Part shown: positions 33,292-44,529 of the stretch, one piece after another
Numbering within the stretch: position 1 is the stretch's first letter
How the letters are laid out: the number at the start of each line of letters is the position of its first letter
NCBI GenBank assembly: GCA_010909165.1
Contig: VJWM01000025.1
Coordinates: 1,674,001-1,738,000 of the forward strand
Direction of reading: 5' to 3'
From: Anthoceros angustus
Lineage: Eukaryota > Plantae > Anthocerotophyta
Length of the DNA: 64,000 nucleotides
Notes under the pieces: generated by a model
What the model was told of the DNA's origin: nothing
Databases searched by the model: none
Seen by the model: the letters and a program-made list of their open reading frames with translations, nothing else
Program-made: the position numbers and the translations under genes

Positions 33292-35602
33292 CGCGCCCGG
33301 CGGTGGCGGGGGCGACAGGAGCTTGGTGTCGTGCACTTCCGACTCCCGAGCCTCGGCCGCTTGAGACACTTCTCTGCGCGACGCGATGCTATGCACCAGG
33401 CGCCGAGTGCGGTAAAAAGGCCCGTTCACATAGCAAACCTGAGTACTGCGCAGGTTCACCGTAAACATCGGGGCGAACCCGTCCACACGACAGACTTCAG
33501 ACTGTGCAGCACCGAGCCGTGGTCGCAAGACCCGTGATGTTTTGGTATTAATAATTTTATTAAAAAAAACATCGTGAGATTCATCTCCTCATTTTTCGAT
33601 TTGATTTTCGTTTGTGTAGCTTGTTGCTTCTTCCATTCCGCTCCCTTGGCCGTGTGTGTCTTGCCCCTCTTTGTGTAGTTTTGCTGGCATGGATTCTACG
33701 TTTTTTAATATTGTATTTAATTTTTCTGTAAAATTTTATATAAAATATATTGACCAACCTATGCCTTTTAGGCCCAAGGTTCCCAATGGGATCCTTCAGG
33801 AGTGGGCAGGCCAGTAGCCTACCCGCACAATCACAAAACAGCAGGCCCAACGTCCCAAGCCAGTAGCGCACCCGCACAGTCACAGAATGGTAGGCCCAAC
33901 CTCTCGGGCAGGATCTTTCAACGCCAAGGATGCTAGCTTTGGTTTCTGTTAGTGCAGGATTATCATGTATGATGGACGACAACAGCCACTTGGGAGCCTG
34001 CGGCATTTTGTCTCCAATTTCCCAGGCTTCATCAGAGCATCACCAGCCTCGGGGACCAGGTTTCTCTTAAGAGGGGGAGAATGTCAAAGCAGTGAATATG
34101 GCCAGCTGCAACATGAGCACGAGCAAGTTTTGTATCCAGACTCGTAACCCTAGTCTGAACAGGTATCGAGCTATTTCGGATATACTTCCATTTCCCGTAG
34201 TTAAAAATAGAAGTAATTTAAATAAACAAATGAATTAAATAAATAGCCTATTTATCCAAGTAATTCTGAGATATATATTAGTTAAAAAATAAATCCTGTT
34301 TAATACCAGTGCTTTGCTATAATTGTGGGACGCTTGGTCACTATTCAAAGCGATTGCCCAGCGGAGACGGATGGGGTATGTGCCTTTGTCAAGTGTGCAA
34401 GGAATTAGGCCACAAGGTTGGCAACCGAGATGTTCATGAGTAACCGGGTGGCCGCAGAGAATTCGAAGTCGGCCTGCTTCATCGCGCCCGGCGGTGGCGG
34501 GGCGACAGGAGCTTGTCGTGCACTTCCGACTCCCGAGCCTCGGCCGCTTGAGACACTTCTCTGCGCGACGCGATGCTATGCACCAGGCGCCGAGTGCGGT
34601 AAAGGCCCGTTCACATAGCAAACCTGAGTACTGCGCAGGTTCACCGTAAACATCAGGCGAACCCGTCCACGACAGACTTCAGACTGTGCAGCACCGAGCC
34701 GTGGTCGCAAGACCCGTGATGTTTGGTATTAATAATTTTATTAAAAAACATCGTGAGATTCATCTCCTCATTTTCGATTTGATTTTCGTTTGTGTAGCTT
34801 GTTGCTTCTTCCATTCCGCTCCTTGGCCGTGTGTGTCTTGCCCCTCTTTGTGTAGTTTTGCTGGCATGGATTCTACGTTTTTAATATTGTATTTAATTTT
34901 TCTGTAAAATTTTATATAAAATATATTGACCAACCTATGCCTTTTAGGCCCAAGGTTCCCAATGGGATCCTTGAGTGGGCAGGCGAGCCTACCGCACAAT
35001 CACAAAACAAAGCAGCCCAACGTCCCAAGCGAAGCGCACGCATCCGCGAATGGTAGGCCCAACCTCTCGGGCGGGATCTTTCAACGCCAAGGATGCTAGC
35101 TTTGGTCGTTAGTGCGGGATTATCATGATGGGCGACCATGACCACTTGGGAGCTGCATTTTGTCTCAATTTCCCGAGGCTTCATCGAGCATCTTCGGGGA
35201 CCGGGTTTCTCTTAAGAGGGGGAGAATGTCAAAGCAGTGAATATGGCCAGCTGCAACATGAGCACGAGCAAGTTTTGTATCCAGACTCGTAACCCTAGTC
35301 TGAACAGGTATCGAGCTATTTCGGATATACTTCCATTTCCCGTAGTTAAAAATAGAAGTAATTTAAATAAACAAATGAATTAAATAAATAGCCTATTTAT
35401 CCAAGTAATTCTGAGATATATATTAGTTAAAAAAAATAAATCCTGTTTAATACCAGGCTGCTGCTATAATTGTGGGACGCTTGGTCACTATTCAAACGAT
35501 TGCCCCGAACCGCGGAGACGGATGGGGTATGTGCCTTTTTGTCAAGTGTGCAAGGAATTAGGCCACAAGGTTGGCAACCCGAGATGTTCATGAGTAACCC
35601 GG
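33254..35602. repeat. About 1.2-kb tandem duplication (33254-34447 and 34445-35602), probable assembly overlap artefact
   Basis: The copies match but differ by many 1-5 nt indels; the junction falls inside the 5' part of the methyltransferase gene. Confidence 0.75.
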
Positions 35603-36450
35603 GTAGCGCCAGCCCATCCAGGAGTACGATTCACGTAGCCTGCAGCCAAGGGTACGCCGCCCAATCTCGAAACTGCCATCACCGTGACGACAACACCGGT
35701 TTTAAAGGTGGAAGCGAAGTTCGATGAATTCAGCGTGTATTCAGGGATTGTGGAGGAAGGATATGAGGAAGAAATGAGTGCGGACGAAGGACTGTTGGTG
35801 GCCAAAGTGACCACCAGATCCGAACGGCAGGAGAGAGACCAAAAATCTGAGAAATGCCGGGAACGGGAGGAACACAGAGAAGGTGGCGCCCAAGTTTGAT
35901 GCCAAAACTAACAAAAGAGTAGACCCAATATCAGTATCCCCAATTCGGACATCAATAGCATATGCACTTTGTGGTCGTCCCTGGGAAGGGGCGCCGGATT
36001 GCCTCAAGAGAGTTCTTCAGACAATTCGTAATAAACTTGAAACTTGGTATGCACCACCAGAGATGTACAATGTGCTACCTTGAGAGTAAACAGACAGCCA
36101 TTCTTTGAGGATCAAGACTTATTGATTGAAGGTAGTAAATCCAGACGTGACAAAACAGCAGAGAGAATGGAACGCAGACGGATTGGTTCTGATTCTGCTG
36201 GTGCTATCTCTTTCTATGGCAACTAGAATCATGGCAATTAGAGCAAGATAGGATGGAAAGGATAGGGCCATGCCCCCATAGCTCCCTGATTTAGGAGGCT
36301 CACTAAAAGAAGAAGAAGAATGTTCACCATGCACCCAAGATGTACACTAAGCAACGGGGGTGTATATAATACTCTGTCACTTCCCGAAGTTAAGGTTGGA
36401 TGGTCCATCCCCTGGAGAAGGGCATGTTGCTTTCCCTTGAAGGAGACTTT
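35600..36450. mobile_element. Possible degenerate LTR-retrotransposon remnant
   Basis: Broken coding-like stretches (KVEAKFDEF...KVTTRSERQ on +; FKGKQHALLQG on -) reminiscent of gag/protease-adjacent regions. No diagnostic catalytic motif seen. Confidence 0.3.
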
Positions 36451-37463
36451 CAAATTAAAGTTATTTATTAAATTATATGCACTTTAAAAAGAAATAGATA
36501 TCACTAAGACTAAGTGAGGCATCTATACAACATCTAGCTCATTTGGGGTTTCTTTGGTGTAAAATTAGGAGTTAGCTTAGGATTCCCTTCATGTACAACA
36601 AAAAATCATTAAAAGTAAAATTAGAGATATCACCAAATACTGAAAGCAAATATCAACACAACATCTACTCTATTTGAGGCCTTTCTTTTTCTACAATAAG
36701 CAATTGGGATCCTGGGCAGCAGGTATAACCAAAATATCTACCACATAGAGTAAGCATACCCGAGATCATCATCTCAATACGAAAATGGGGTTTGGGTTCT
36801 ATTCGTGTAATTCGGATTCTTTATGTCCATTTAATTCGTGTAACATTTGTCCGGTGTACACATGTAATTAGAAGTATAGTACCGTTGTATAACATAGAAT
36901 ACCATAGACCATCCGTTAATATGGTTAAGTGAACTTCTCGACTTTGAACACCATGTAAGCGAGAAGTCAAGAGACCAAAGAAAGCCATTTCCTAAAGCTT
37001 TATCCACAATCTTGAAATGAAACTAGATGAAGATTTGAGAAACTTGAAGACATTACATAAGAAAGGAGATTAGAAATCTCATCATATTAAAAAAGAGATG
37101 GAGAATCTCTTTACCTCGATACAAAGGGGAACAACCCTTTGGAGGGCTCCATGCTACGATCGTCCATCCTGAAACTACCTACTACTCTAAGAATGTCATG
37201 GCCCGGGAAAAGAAAGAGCTTACCTACCATTGGTACCGAAGCCGTGTCCCCTACGTTCGCTGCCGTCCTGTACACCATTTGGCCTTGAATGGAGTAGATG
37301 TTGTGTTGATACTTGCTTTTAGTATTTGGTAATATCTATACCTTTACTTTTAGTGATTTTTTTGTTGTTGTACATAATGGGAATCCTAACTCCTAACTTT
37401 ACACAAAAGATGCTGCAATCTTGACGAGGATTCCACAAGGTAGACTGTGACTTTATCTTGTAA

Positions 37464-38366
37464 TTAAAACTCAAAATTACCTCTAAAATGCCTACGCACA
37501 TAACCGGAGGACACTCCAACAATCGGGAGATCGTGTTGGGAGCCGGCATTAACATCAAATCTAGAGAAACGACAGTTGGAGTGAAAGAGACCTGAGACCT
37601 TATAGTCTGCTTCTATTCCATCTAGATATCCTTCGGCGTTAGGAGAATCTACTTGTTGCACCTCTAACAAGTCATTCCACTTTGTTTTGTAGGATTTATT
37701 GCGCATGTTGCGGCTCGTGTTCATGTGGCTCTGTCCTAGCACCCCGTGCACTGACGGTGAGAAATGGGCCTCCAAAAATTGTATATTGAAGTGAAAAAAA
37801 GAATTAGAAGGAAGACGTAAATCCGGAATCTCAGGTCTAATAGTTATGCGTAGCTTGATCATATCTTTTGCGAAAAAGGTATAGGTGTCAAATGGTGAGA
37901 GACCATCTGTTGCACTGCTCTTGTAACTAATAGAAAAGTCTCCATTTTCCGCTGTGTAAGAGGATCCTAATGGAATAGAGATATTTTGACCATCCACTTG
38001 AATAGTTTGAAGAAAGCTTGTGACATGACTCAAATCCGCTCCATTACGCGCAAAGAAGGCAACTCTATGATATCCAAAGAGAAGCCCGAGTGATGTAATC
38101 CATGTCCTAGTGACCTTCTGTCGTAGAAGCCTATTATAAGTGACGCTCCCTTGCAACTCCATATTCATATGAATATTTGAGTCTGAAATCATGCAATAAA
38201 TAGAGCCAGGTTGGCCGGTGAAGTCAAAATTTACACCATCCCATGCAACAAAATGAGGATCTCCAAATACACTAGCAGCTTTTGTGCCAACAAATTTCAC
38301 AGATATTAAGACTGAGAAGAAAGCAATGAGCATCAAAACTCGTGTAAAACCCATAATGGTCAACAT
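37464..38366 (-). CDS. Secreted Root_cap (PF06830-like, late-embryogenesis/root-cap) domain protein
   Basis: Signal peptide, then VFGDPHFVAWDGVNFDFTG..YCMISDSNIHMN, RTWITSLGLLFG.HR, VHGVLGQ, and DY.VSGLF..NCRFSRF. Intronless, AT-rich. Confidence 0.8.
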   Translation of the reverse strand: MLTIMGFTRVLMLIAFFSVLISVKFVGTKAASVFGDPHFVAWDGVNFDFTGQPGSIYCMISDSNIHMNMELQGSVTYNRLLRQKVTRTWITSLGLLFGYHRVAFFARNGADLSHVTSFLQTIQVDGQNISIPLGSSYTAENGDFSISYKSSATDGLSPFDTYTFFAKDMIKLRITIRPEIPDLRLPSNSFFHFNIQFLEAHFSPSVHGVLGQSHMNTSRNMRNKSYKTKWNDLLEVQQVDSPNAEGYLDGIEADYKVSGLFHSNCRFSRFDVNAGSQHDLPIVGVSSGYVRRHFRGNFEF

Positions 38367-39721
38367 TGCTTGAAGGCACCACAAGCTGTTTGAAAGTTGA
38401 GAGTATAAATAATTCTTGGATTATAAAGAATACAATAGCGTCTTATACAAGAATGTAAAATCTATAAAATTTAAAATAAAATATTTAATGAAGACCTTGC
38501 AAGCTCCTGAAAATAAATAAATAAATAAATATAAGCTCCTTGAAAGGATGGACCCTTAAGGTGTACTTGAACTTATCTTTATTGTTTCACTGGGAAATAC
38601 TTGAAGGGTGAAGATGTGTCTCGCACATTTATAGGTACAGAACTAGGACATCTAATCACAGAAACTACCTAGGTAATAATACCTAGATAAATATTATGGT
38701 AGGTATTAGTACCTATTCAATAATTTCTAATATAAAAACTCAAACAGGAAAAATAGTACATTGCATTTACGTAAATTACAATGGTTACCCCGTTTCCCGG
38801 TGCGTCCCGTTTGGTGTACTGTGCTCGGTTTTAGGGTTATAGATGGTGCATCCCGGTGAGGTTCCCGAACCAAGATCATCAGCGTTCTGATCTGATCAGT
38901 CTTCCAGGCAAGCTAGCTCTTTTTTGGTGTCGTCCAATCAATGACGCCTTGCCAACATGTCAACCAAGCAGTTGCAAACAAATTTGTGAGCCTCGACCCA
39001 CTAGGACATCACACATGCACCTGCTGCCCAGTTCTCACTTCTCCCGTTGCAAAATCTTACAGGGCAGGTCCAAACACATGCCCATCCAGATTCACACTTA
39101 CGACCGCATGAAGACATTTATATGTATTGTGGTACACCAGATGAGAAGCATGTATTCGACGGATGTGGTTGCACATTGCACACGAAGAGACAGAGATCTA
39201 AAGGTACAATTGTCTGTCTGCACCAGGATTCCGAAGTCATGATGAACAGCTTCATTGACATGGCCCTTTACTCACAATTTCAGCCATGATCACCTCGCTG
39301 GAAGATCCTTGTCAAGCCGAGCTTAGGCTCACCAAGGTGCTGCGTCTGGCAGGTTCCTTGTTTGCCCATGGTGGGTCCCTGAAGTCGGGTACGCTGGAGG
39401 TCGTCCTGAAACTCCCGTGAACCTCCTCACAGCCCTCGCCGGAGGAGAGCCCTGAACCTATGGATGCAAGAGGCATGCAAAAAGGTCGCACTTGGAGCAT
39501 CTGATGTGACTGACAGTAGCATGACCTGATGGCGTTAGTGTGTTCAGCAAGATGAGTAGTTTCCATGTGCCGGTGTGTATGCCGCTCCGACATTTGGTGT
39601 TGAGATTGTGGAAGCATGGATGCTTTACTCCTCTTCAGCTGGGTGTTGGGTTCAGCAGATTCCCTTGCCGGTGATGGTTGCATGGAGCATTGCACTTCAC
39701 TCACACAGAGGGGGACAGTGT

Positions 39722-42361
39722 ATGTTGTGCCAACAGCTGTTCTGGAACCCACAGAGGCTAATTAGTGGCATCACGGGTGTTGCAGGACGAGGTTACGATG
39801 TCCTCACTTTGACGAGTCAAGAGCTAGGAGTCCAACCCGGTCTTCTGGCTAAGCAAGTTGTACAAGCCGGCTTTTTCAGGCCTGCAGGATCCGGAAGGGG
39901 CGTAACTGCTGAAATTGCGAGCAGACTGTGTCGGCAGAGGCAGGTGTCAGAAGCTGTTGAGGCTCTGGGAGTTTTGGTGCAAACAGACTGTAGTATTTCA
40001 CAGTCTCTAGTCTATGACATCCTCAGAAGCTTTGGGGTTAAGAAGGACCTGGTTCTGGGTCGCCGGGTCCATGCCCTGGCAGTGGAGAAGGGGTTTGAGT
40101 CGGACACGTTCCTGTGCAATCATATCCTGCGAATGTACGCGTCTCATGGCCTGTTGCAAGAAGCGATGGATGTGTTCACCGTTGTTGCTCAACCAGATGC
40201 CTTCATGTGGTCTTCCATTATTTCTGCGCATGTTAAACAGGGACAGGCTAAGCAGGCCATAGAGCTCTATCACCAGATGTGCAGAACATCAAGTGTGAAG
40301 CCGGATAGGTATGTGTATGTAGCAGCACTACAGGCTTGTGCAAGGGGTCAAGACTTGAAAGCCGGGCACCAGGTACATGCTCATGTTTTGGCCAGTGGGG
40401 TTGAGACTGATGCATTTCTTTCGAATTGCTTGGTTGACATGTATGCAAAGTGTGGCAGCTTGGGTGATGCCAAAAGATTGTTTGAAGGGCTTCCATCCAA
40501 AGACGTGGTCACGTGGACCGCTCTGATAGCAGGGTATTCCCAGCAGGGCAGGGGTCAGGAAGCTCTTCGTCTTTATGGTGCTATGCGAGAAGAAGGTATT
40601 GTTTCACCTGATTCCGTGACATTTGTGTGCCTCCTGCAGGCGTGTGCAAGTGTTGGTGCCCAAGCTTTGGAGATAGGCAAGCAGCTTCATGCACAGATCA
40701 GCGAACGAGGACTTCAGCTGGATTTGGTTGTGGCCAACAGTTTGGTAGATATGTATGCAAAATGTGGCAGCCTTGAGGGTGCTCAGGGTGTGTTTGATGG
40801 ACTTGGTCACAAAGACGTGATTACGTGGAATGCCATGTTAGCAGGATATTCCCAGCAGGGCCTGGGTGAAGAAGCTCTTCACTTATATGCTGCCATGCAA
40901 GATGAAGGCATGGCAACCCCAGATTCTGTTACGTTTGTTTGCCTCCTTCAGGCATGCGCTAGTGTGGGTCCCCCGGCTTTGCTGACAGGGAAGGAGCTTC
41001 ATGCACAGATTGAGCGTGGAGGGCTTCAGTGTGATGTGGTCATGGGTTGCAGCCTGGTAAACATGTATGCAAAATGCGGCAGTCTACAGGATGCTCAAAG
41101 CGTGTTTGATGGACTTGGCCAAAAGGATGTGGTTACGTGGACAGCGCTTATAGCAGGATATTCTCAGTGCGGCATGGGTCAGGAAGCCCTTCAGCTGTAT
41201 AGTGCTATGCGAAACGAAGGCATTGTAGCACCTGATTCTGTGACTATTGTGTGCCTACTTCAGGCATGTGCAAGTGTCGGTAACACAGGCTTTGAGACAG
41301 GGAAGGAGCTTCATGCACAGATTGGAGAGTGGGGACTTCAGTGTGATCGGGTTGTAGGTTGCAGCTTGGTAAATATGTATGCGAAATGTGGCAGTCTGGA
41401 GGATGCCCAGGCCGTATTTGATGGACTTGATCAGAAGGATGTGGTTACGTGGAACGCCATGATAGCAGGGCATTCTCAGCAGGGCATGGGTCAGGAAGCC
41501 CTTCATGTCTACCGTGCAATGCAAGACGAGGGCATTGCTGCACCTGATTCTGTGACATTTCTGTGCCTCCTGCAGGCATGTGCAAACGTGGCAGCTTTGC
41601 GTATGGGAAGGCATCTTCATGTTCAGATTGAAGAACAAGGGCTTCAAGCTGATGTGTCGGTCGGCATCAGTTTGATAAACATGTATGCAAAGTCTGGGAG
41701 CATGCCGGAGGCACAGCAGGTGTTTGATGCCCTTCTTGAAAAGGACATTGTTGCTTGGAATGCTCTGATTGCAGGATACACCCGTCAAGGAGACAGTGAC
41801 ATGGTCTTCGGCCTGGTTCACAGAATGGGAGAGGCTGGCATCCAGCCAGACAGCATCACATTCCTCAGTGTGCTAACAGCCTGCAGTCATTCAGGTCTAG
41901 TGGACACAGGGCAAGACCTCTTTGAGGCCATGAGCAGGCAGTATGGCATCCCTCCGAACGGAGAGCACTATGCATGCATGGTGGATCTTCTGGGTCGTGC
42001 AGGCCAACTTGACGAGGCGGTAGCAGTTGTGAGGGACATGCCTGTACTTCCCAACGCTGCAGTTTGGCACACTTTGTTGGGTGCGTGTCAAAAATGGGGC
42101 AACGTGGAGGTGGGATGCCATGCTTTCGAAGAAGCCGTCAAGCTCGACGAGAAAGATGCCGCAGCATACGTGTTGATGTCGAACATATATAATAGCATTC
42201 AGATGTGGGAACAGGCACAGAGGACTCACCGGAGGAGGTTAGAAATTGGAGCATGGAAGGAGCCAGGCCGGAGCTGGTGGACAGACATGAGTGGACTAGT
42301 GCATAGTTTTGTAGGTTGCGATATAAGCATGTCGAAAGTGAAGGCATTTATCCAAGGTTGA
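39722..42361 (+). CDS. PLS-class PPR protein, E1-E2 plus truncated E+ with WW-type PG box, no deaminase domain
   Basis: L-S + 5 PLS triplets + P2L2S2 + E1E2, then AWKEPGRSWWTDMSGLVHSFVG. No HxE or CxxC downstream. ATG 39722 is inferred within ORF 39575..42361. Confidence 0.92.
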   Translation: MLCQQLFWNPQRLISGITGVAGRGYDVLTLTSQELGVQPGLLAKQVVQAGFFRPAGSGRGVTAEIASRLCRQRQVSEAVEALGVLVQTDCSISQSLVYDILRSFGVKKDLVLGRRVHALAVEKGFESDTFLCNHILRMYASHGLLQEAMDVFTVVAQPDAFMWSSIISAHVKQGQAKQAIELYHQMCRTSSVKPDRYVYVAALQACARGQDLKAGHQVHAHVLASGVETDAFLSNCLVDMYAKCGSLGDAKRLFEGLPSKDVVTWTALIAGYSQQGRGQEALRLYGAMREEGIVSPDSVTFVCLLQACASVGAQALEIGKQLHAQISERGLQLDLVVANSLVDMYAKCGSLEGAQGVFDGLGHKDVITWNAMLAGYSQQGLGEEALHLYAAMQDEGMATPDSVTFVCLLQACASVGPPALLTGKELHAQIERGGLQCDVVMGCSLVNMYAKCGSLQDAQSVFDGLGQKDVVTWTALIAGYSQCGMGQEALQLYSAMRNEGIVAPDSVTIVCLLQACASVGNTGFETGKELHAQIGEWGLQCDRVVGCSLVNMYAKCGSLEDAQAVFDGLDQKDVVTWNAMIAGHSQQGMGQEALHVYRAMQDEGIAAPDSVTFLCLLQACANVAALRMGRHLHVQIEEQGLQADVSVGISLINMYAKSGSMPEAQQVFDALLEKDIVAWNALIAGYTRQGDSDMVFGLVHRMGEAGIQPDSITFLSVLTACSHSGLVDTGQDLFEAMSRQYGIPPNGEHYACMVDLLGRAGQLDEAVAVVRDMPVLPNAAVWHTLLGACQKWGNVEVGCHAFEEAVKLDEKDAAAYVLMSNIYNSIQMWEQAQRTHRRRLEIGAWKEPGRSWWTDMSGLVHSFVGCDISMSKVKAFIQG

Positions 42362-42558
42362 ACAATGTATGACAAGATTAAGTTCGATAATTTTATGTTT
42401 TTATATAATTATTGTCTTGAAGACGTTTTAGGTACCTATACATTTTCACGCTAACCTTATATGACCGATTTTCACGGAGTTCACTTCACCGGTATGTGAA
42501 CTGTGTGAACTGGTATTGTGTGAACGAATAGGTCTTCACCACAGTCTTTGTTGTTCAG

Positions 42559-43292
42559 GAAGGGTATGTCCTCGTCCGCGTTGCCTTACAAGAGGAATCC
42601 TCCCTCCTGGTTGAGGATCACTGCTCCAGAGGTACGTTGCAGCCGGTTCGTAAAAGAGTTTCTATGAGCAAGGTGCTGGAGGGCAGGAGTTAGGGTTAGC
42701 TGTTAGCTGATGGCCTTTTTTTCAGGTCGTGGAGCACATCTGCAAGCTGGCGAAGAGGGGATTGACACCATCTCAGACCGGTGTTAACCTTCGGGATAAA
42801 TATGCTATTGCTCAAATGGGTAGCGTCACGGGCAACAAGATTTTGCGGATCCTGAAGGGCAATGGTACCTGCTGAATGTTGTCTTTTATTACCTGCTGTA
42901 TGCCGCACTGACAAGCTCCTCTAATCGGTGAGGGCTTGCGCCAGTGAGCTGTCAGGGGTGTATCCTGGTAATCGGTGTCACTCCCCTATTTCCTCGGTGG
43001 CTTCCTCGTTGGCTCGTTAATCGTAGGGACGAGACGGATGTGTGTTTTGATTTCACTTGAACTAATCCGACAGCCGCATCTGTCCGCAGGTCTTGGCCCA
43101 TACATCCCAGAGGATCTGTACCACCTGAAAAAGAAGGATGTCGCCGTGACAAAGCATCTTGAAAGGAGTCGTAAGGATAGGGGTTCGAAGCTGAAGCTCA
43201 TCCTCATCGAGAGCCGACGTCACCGGCTCGCGCGTTACTACAAGCGGGCGAAGAAGCTTTCATCCAACTGGAATCAACTCGAATCGAATTAA
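42559..43292 (+). pseudogene. RPS13: 40S ribosomal protein S13 (uS15) internal three-exon fragment
   Basis: KGMSSSALPYKRNPPSW | [24 protein letters not shown]...KILRILK | [25 protein letters not shown]...[16 protein letters not shown]. Introns retained, no first or last exon seen, substitutions at normally invariant sites. Confidence 0.85.
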
Positions 43293-44529
43293 GTTCAGTT
43301 CGATTTGAATCAGTTCGGCCTTTGAACCGGCGCAAACGACCCGAGGATCGACGAACTGTGAGGTCAAAATACATAGTTTTACGGCGTACACTTTACATTT
43401 TGAACACCAGCTCGCTTCATCTCGTATAGATTTCTCTCGTACAAATTTCTCCTTCCTACGTTGGTGGTGGCCGGCTCACGAAAGGTGGGCTTCTGCGGGC
43501 TCCGCGATTTCCTAGGAACCAGGGATCAAAGCTATCTCCGCGAGGCAGCGCGTCTCCAACCAGGGCTCAAAGCTATCTTCGCGAGGCAGCGCGTCTCCAA
43601 CCTCAAAGCATGCGAATCCGAACACGCCCAGATCATGTGTTGCTTCTTTCTTTTACCCACCAACCTGAATCTTGGCATAGGGAGATATATTCGCTGCCAT
43701 CATCTTGTGCAGCTGATTCATAGACGTGAAGAGATGTCTGCCTCAACCTAGAACCTCATCATTGTCATCATCATTCCACATCTTTCTCCGTTTAAATCTT
43801 AGCCTAACATAGCCAAATGGCCTTTGGAAGTTAAACAGAAGCTTATGAATGCATATATGCAAGATGTCCGCAGGAGTATGCGGGTCTAAGCACAGTATGG
43901 TGACCACAACTTCTGGAAACGCAGAAACCGTCCCCAGTTGGCATGTTCGAGTTCTGTGGAATATGTTTTATGCAAAAATATCGTCAAATTGATCTCAATT
44001 TTAGTGTACAATACGTTTTGGGAGGAGAATTTTGTTGAATTTTTCTCCATAAAACATGCATAACATATATCATTGCCATTATTACAGATTAGCGGTGGGA
44101 CAAATGACAATTTTCGTTGACTAAGTACCCTTGTCCACTGAATCGTGTGCGTGCGACCGACCACATGTGTTGATTAGGTCTTTGGTTTTGCAAAGCGAGT
44201 GTTTTGGGGGCGGACTCTTCATGTGAACAGACGTTTGTGACGTGGGCGCGTCGTGGAGGCCAGCGCTTACTGTGTGTGCACAGAATCGATTGCACGCGTG
44301 GCGTGGAAGCTGGAAGTGTGGCAGGCTTAGATTCGTTTGTGGGTGGCCGCGGGGCGTAGGAGCTGGATTTCGATCGATTGGAGGCTGCTTGCTTTTGGAG
44401 GTCGTTTCTAACACGGTTTTTGTTTGCTACCTAGGAGGGTGCTAGTGTGGCGCTCGGTGAGGCGTTTTGGGTGCTCAAGTGCTAGTTTGGGTTGGTGGCT
44501 GTTTGTGTGTGGGCGGTGTGTGGGCGGAA

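Noticed and set aside
32122-33537. 471-aa plus-strand ORF
   Set aside because: Antisense shadow of the GC-rich methyltransferase; no recognisable motifs.
38856-39600. Short ORFs and faint PPR-like words upstream of the WW PPR gene
   Set aside because: Too degenerate to support a call.
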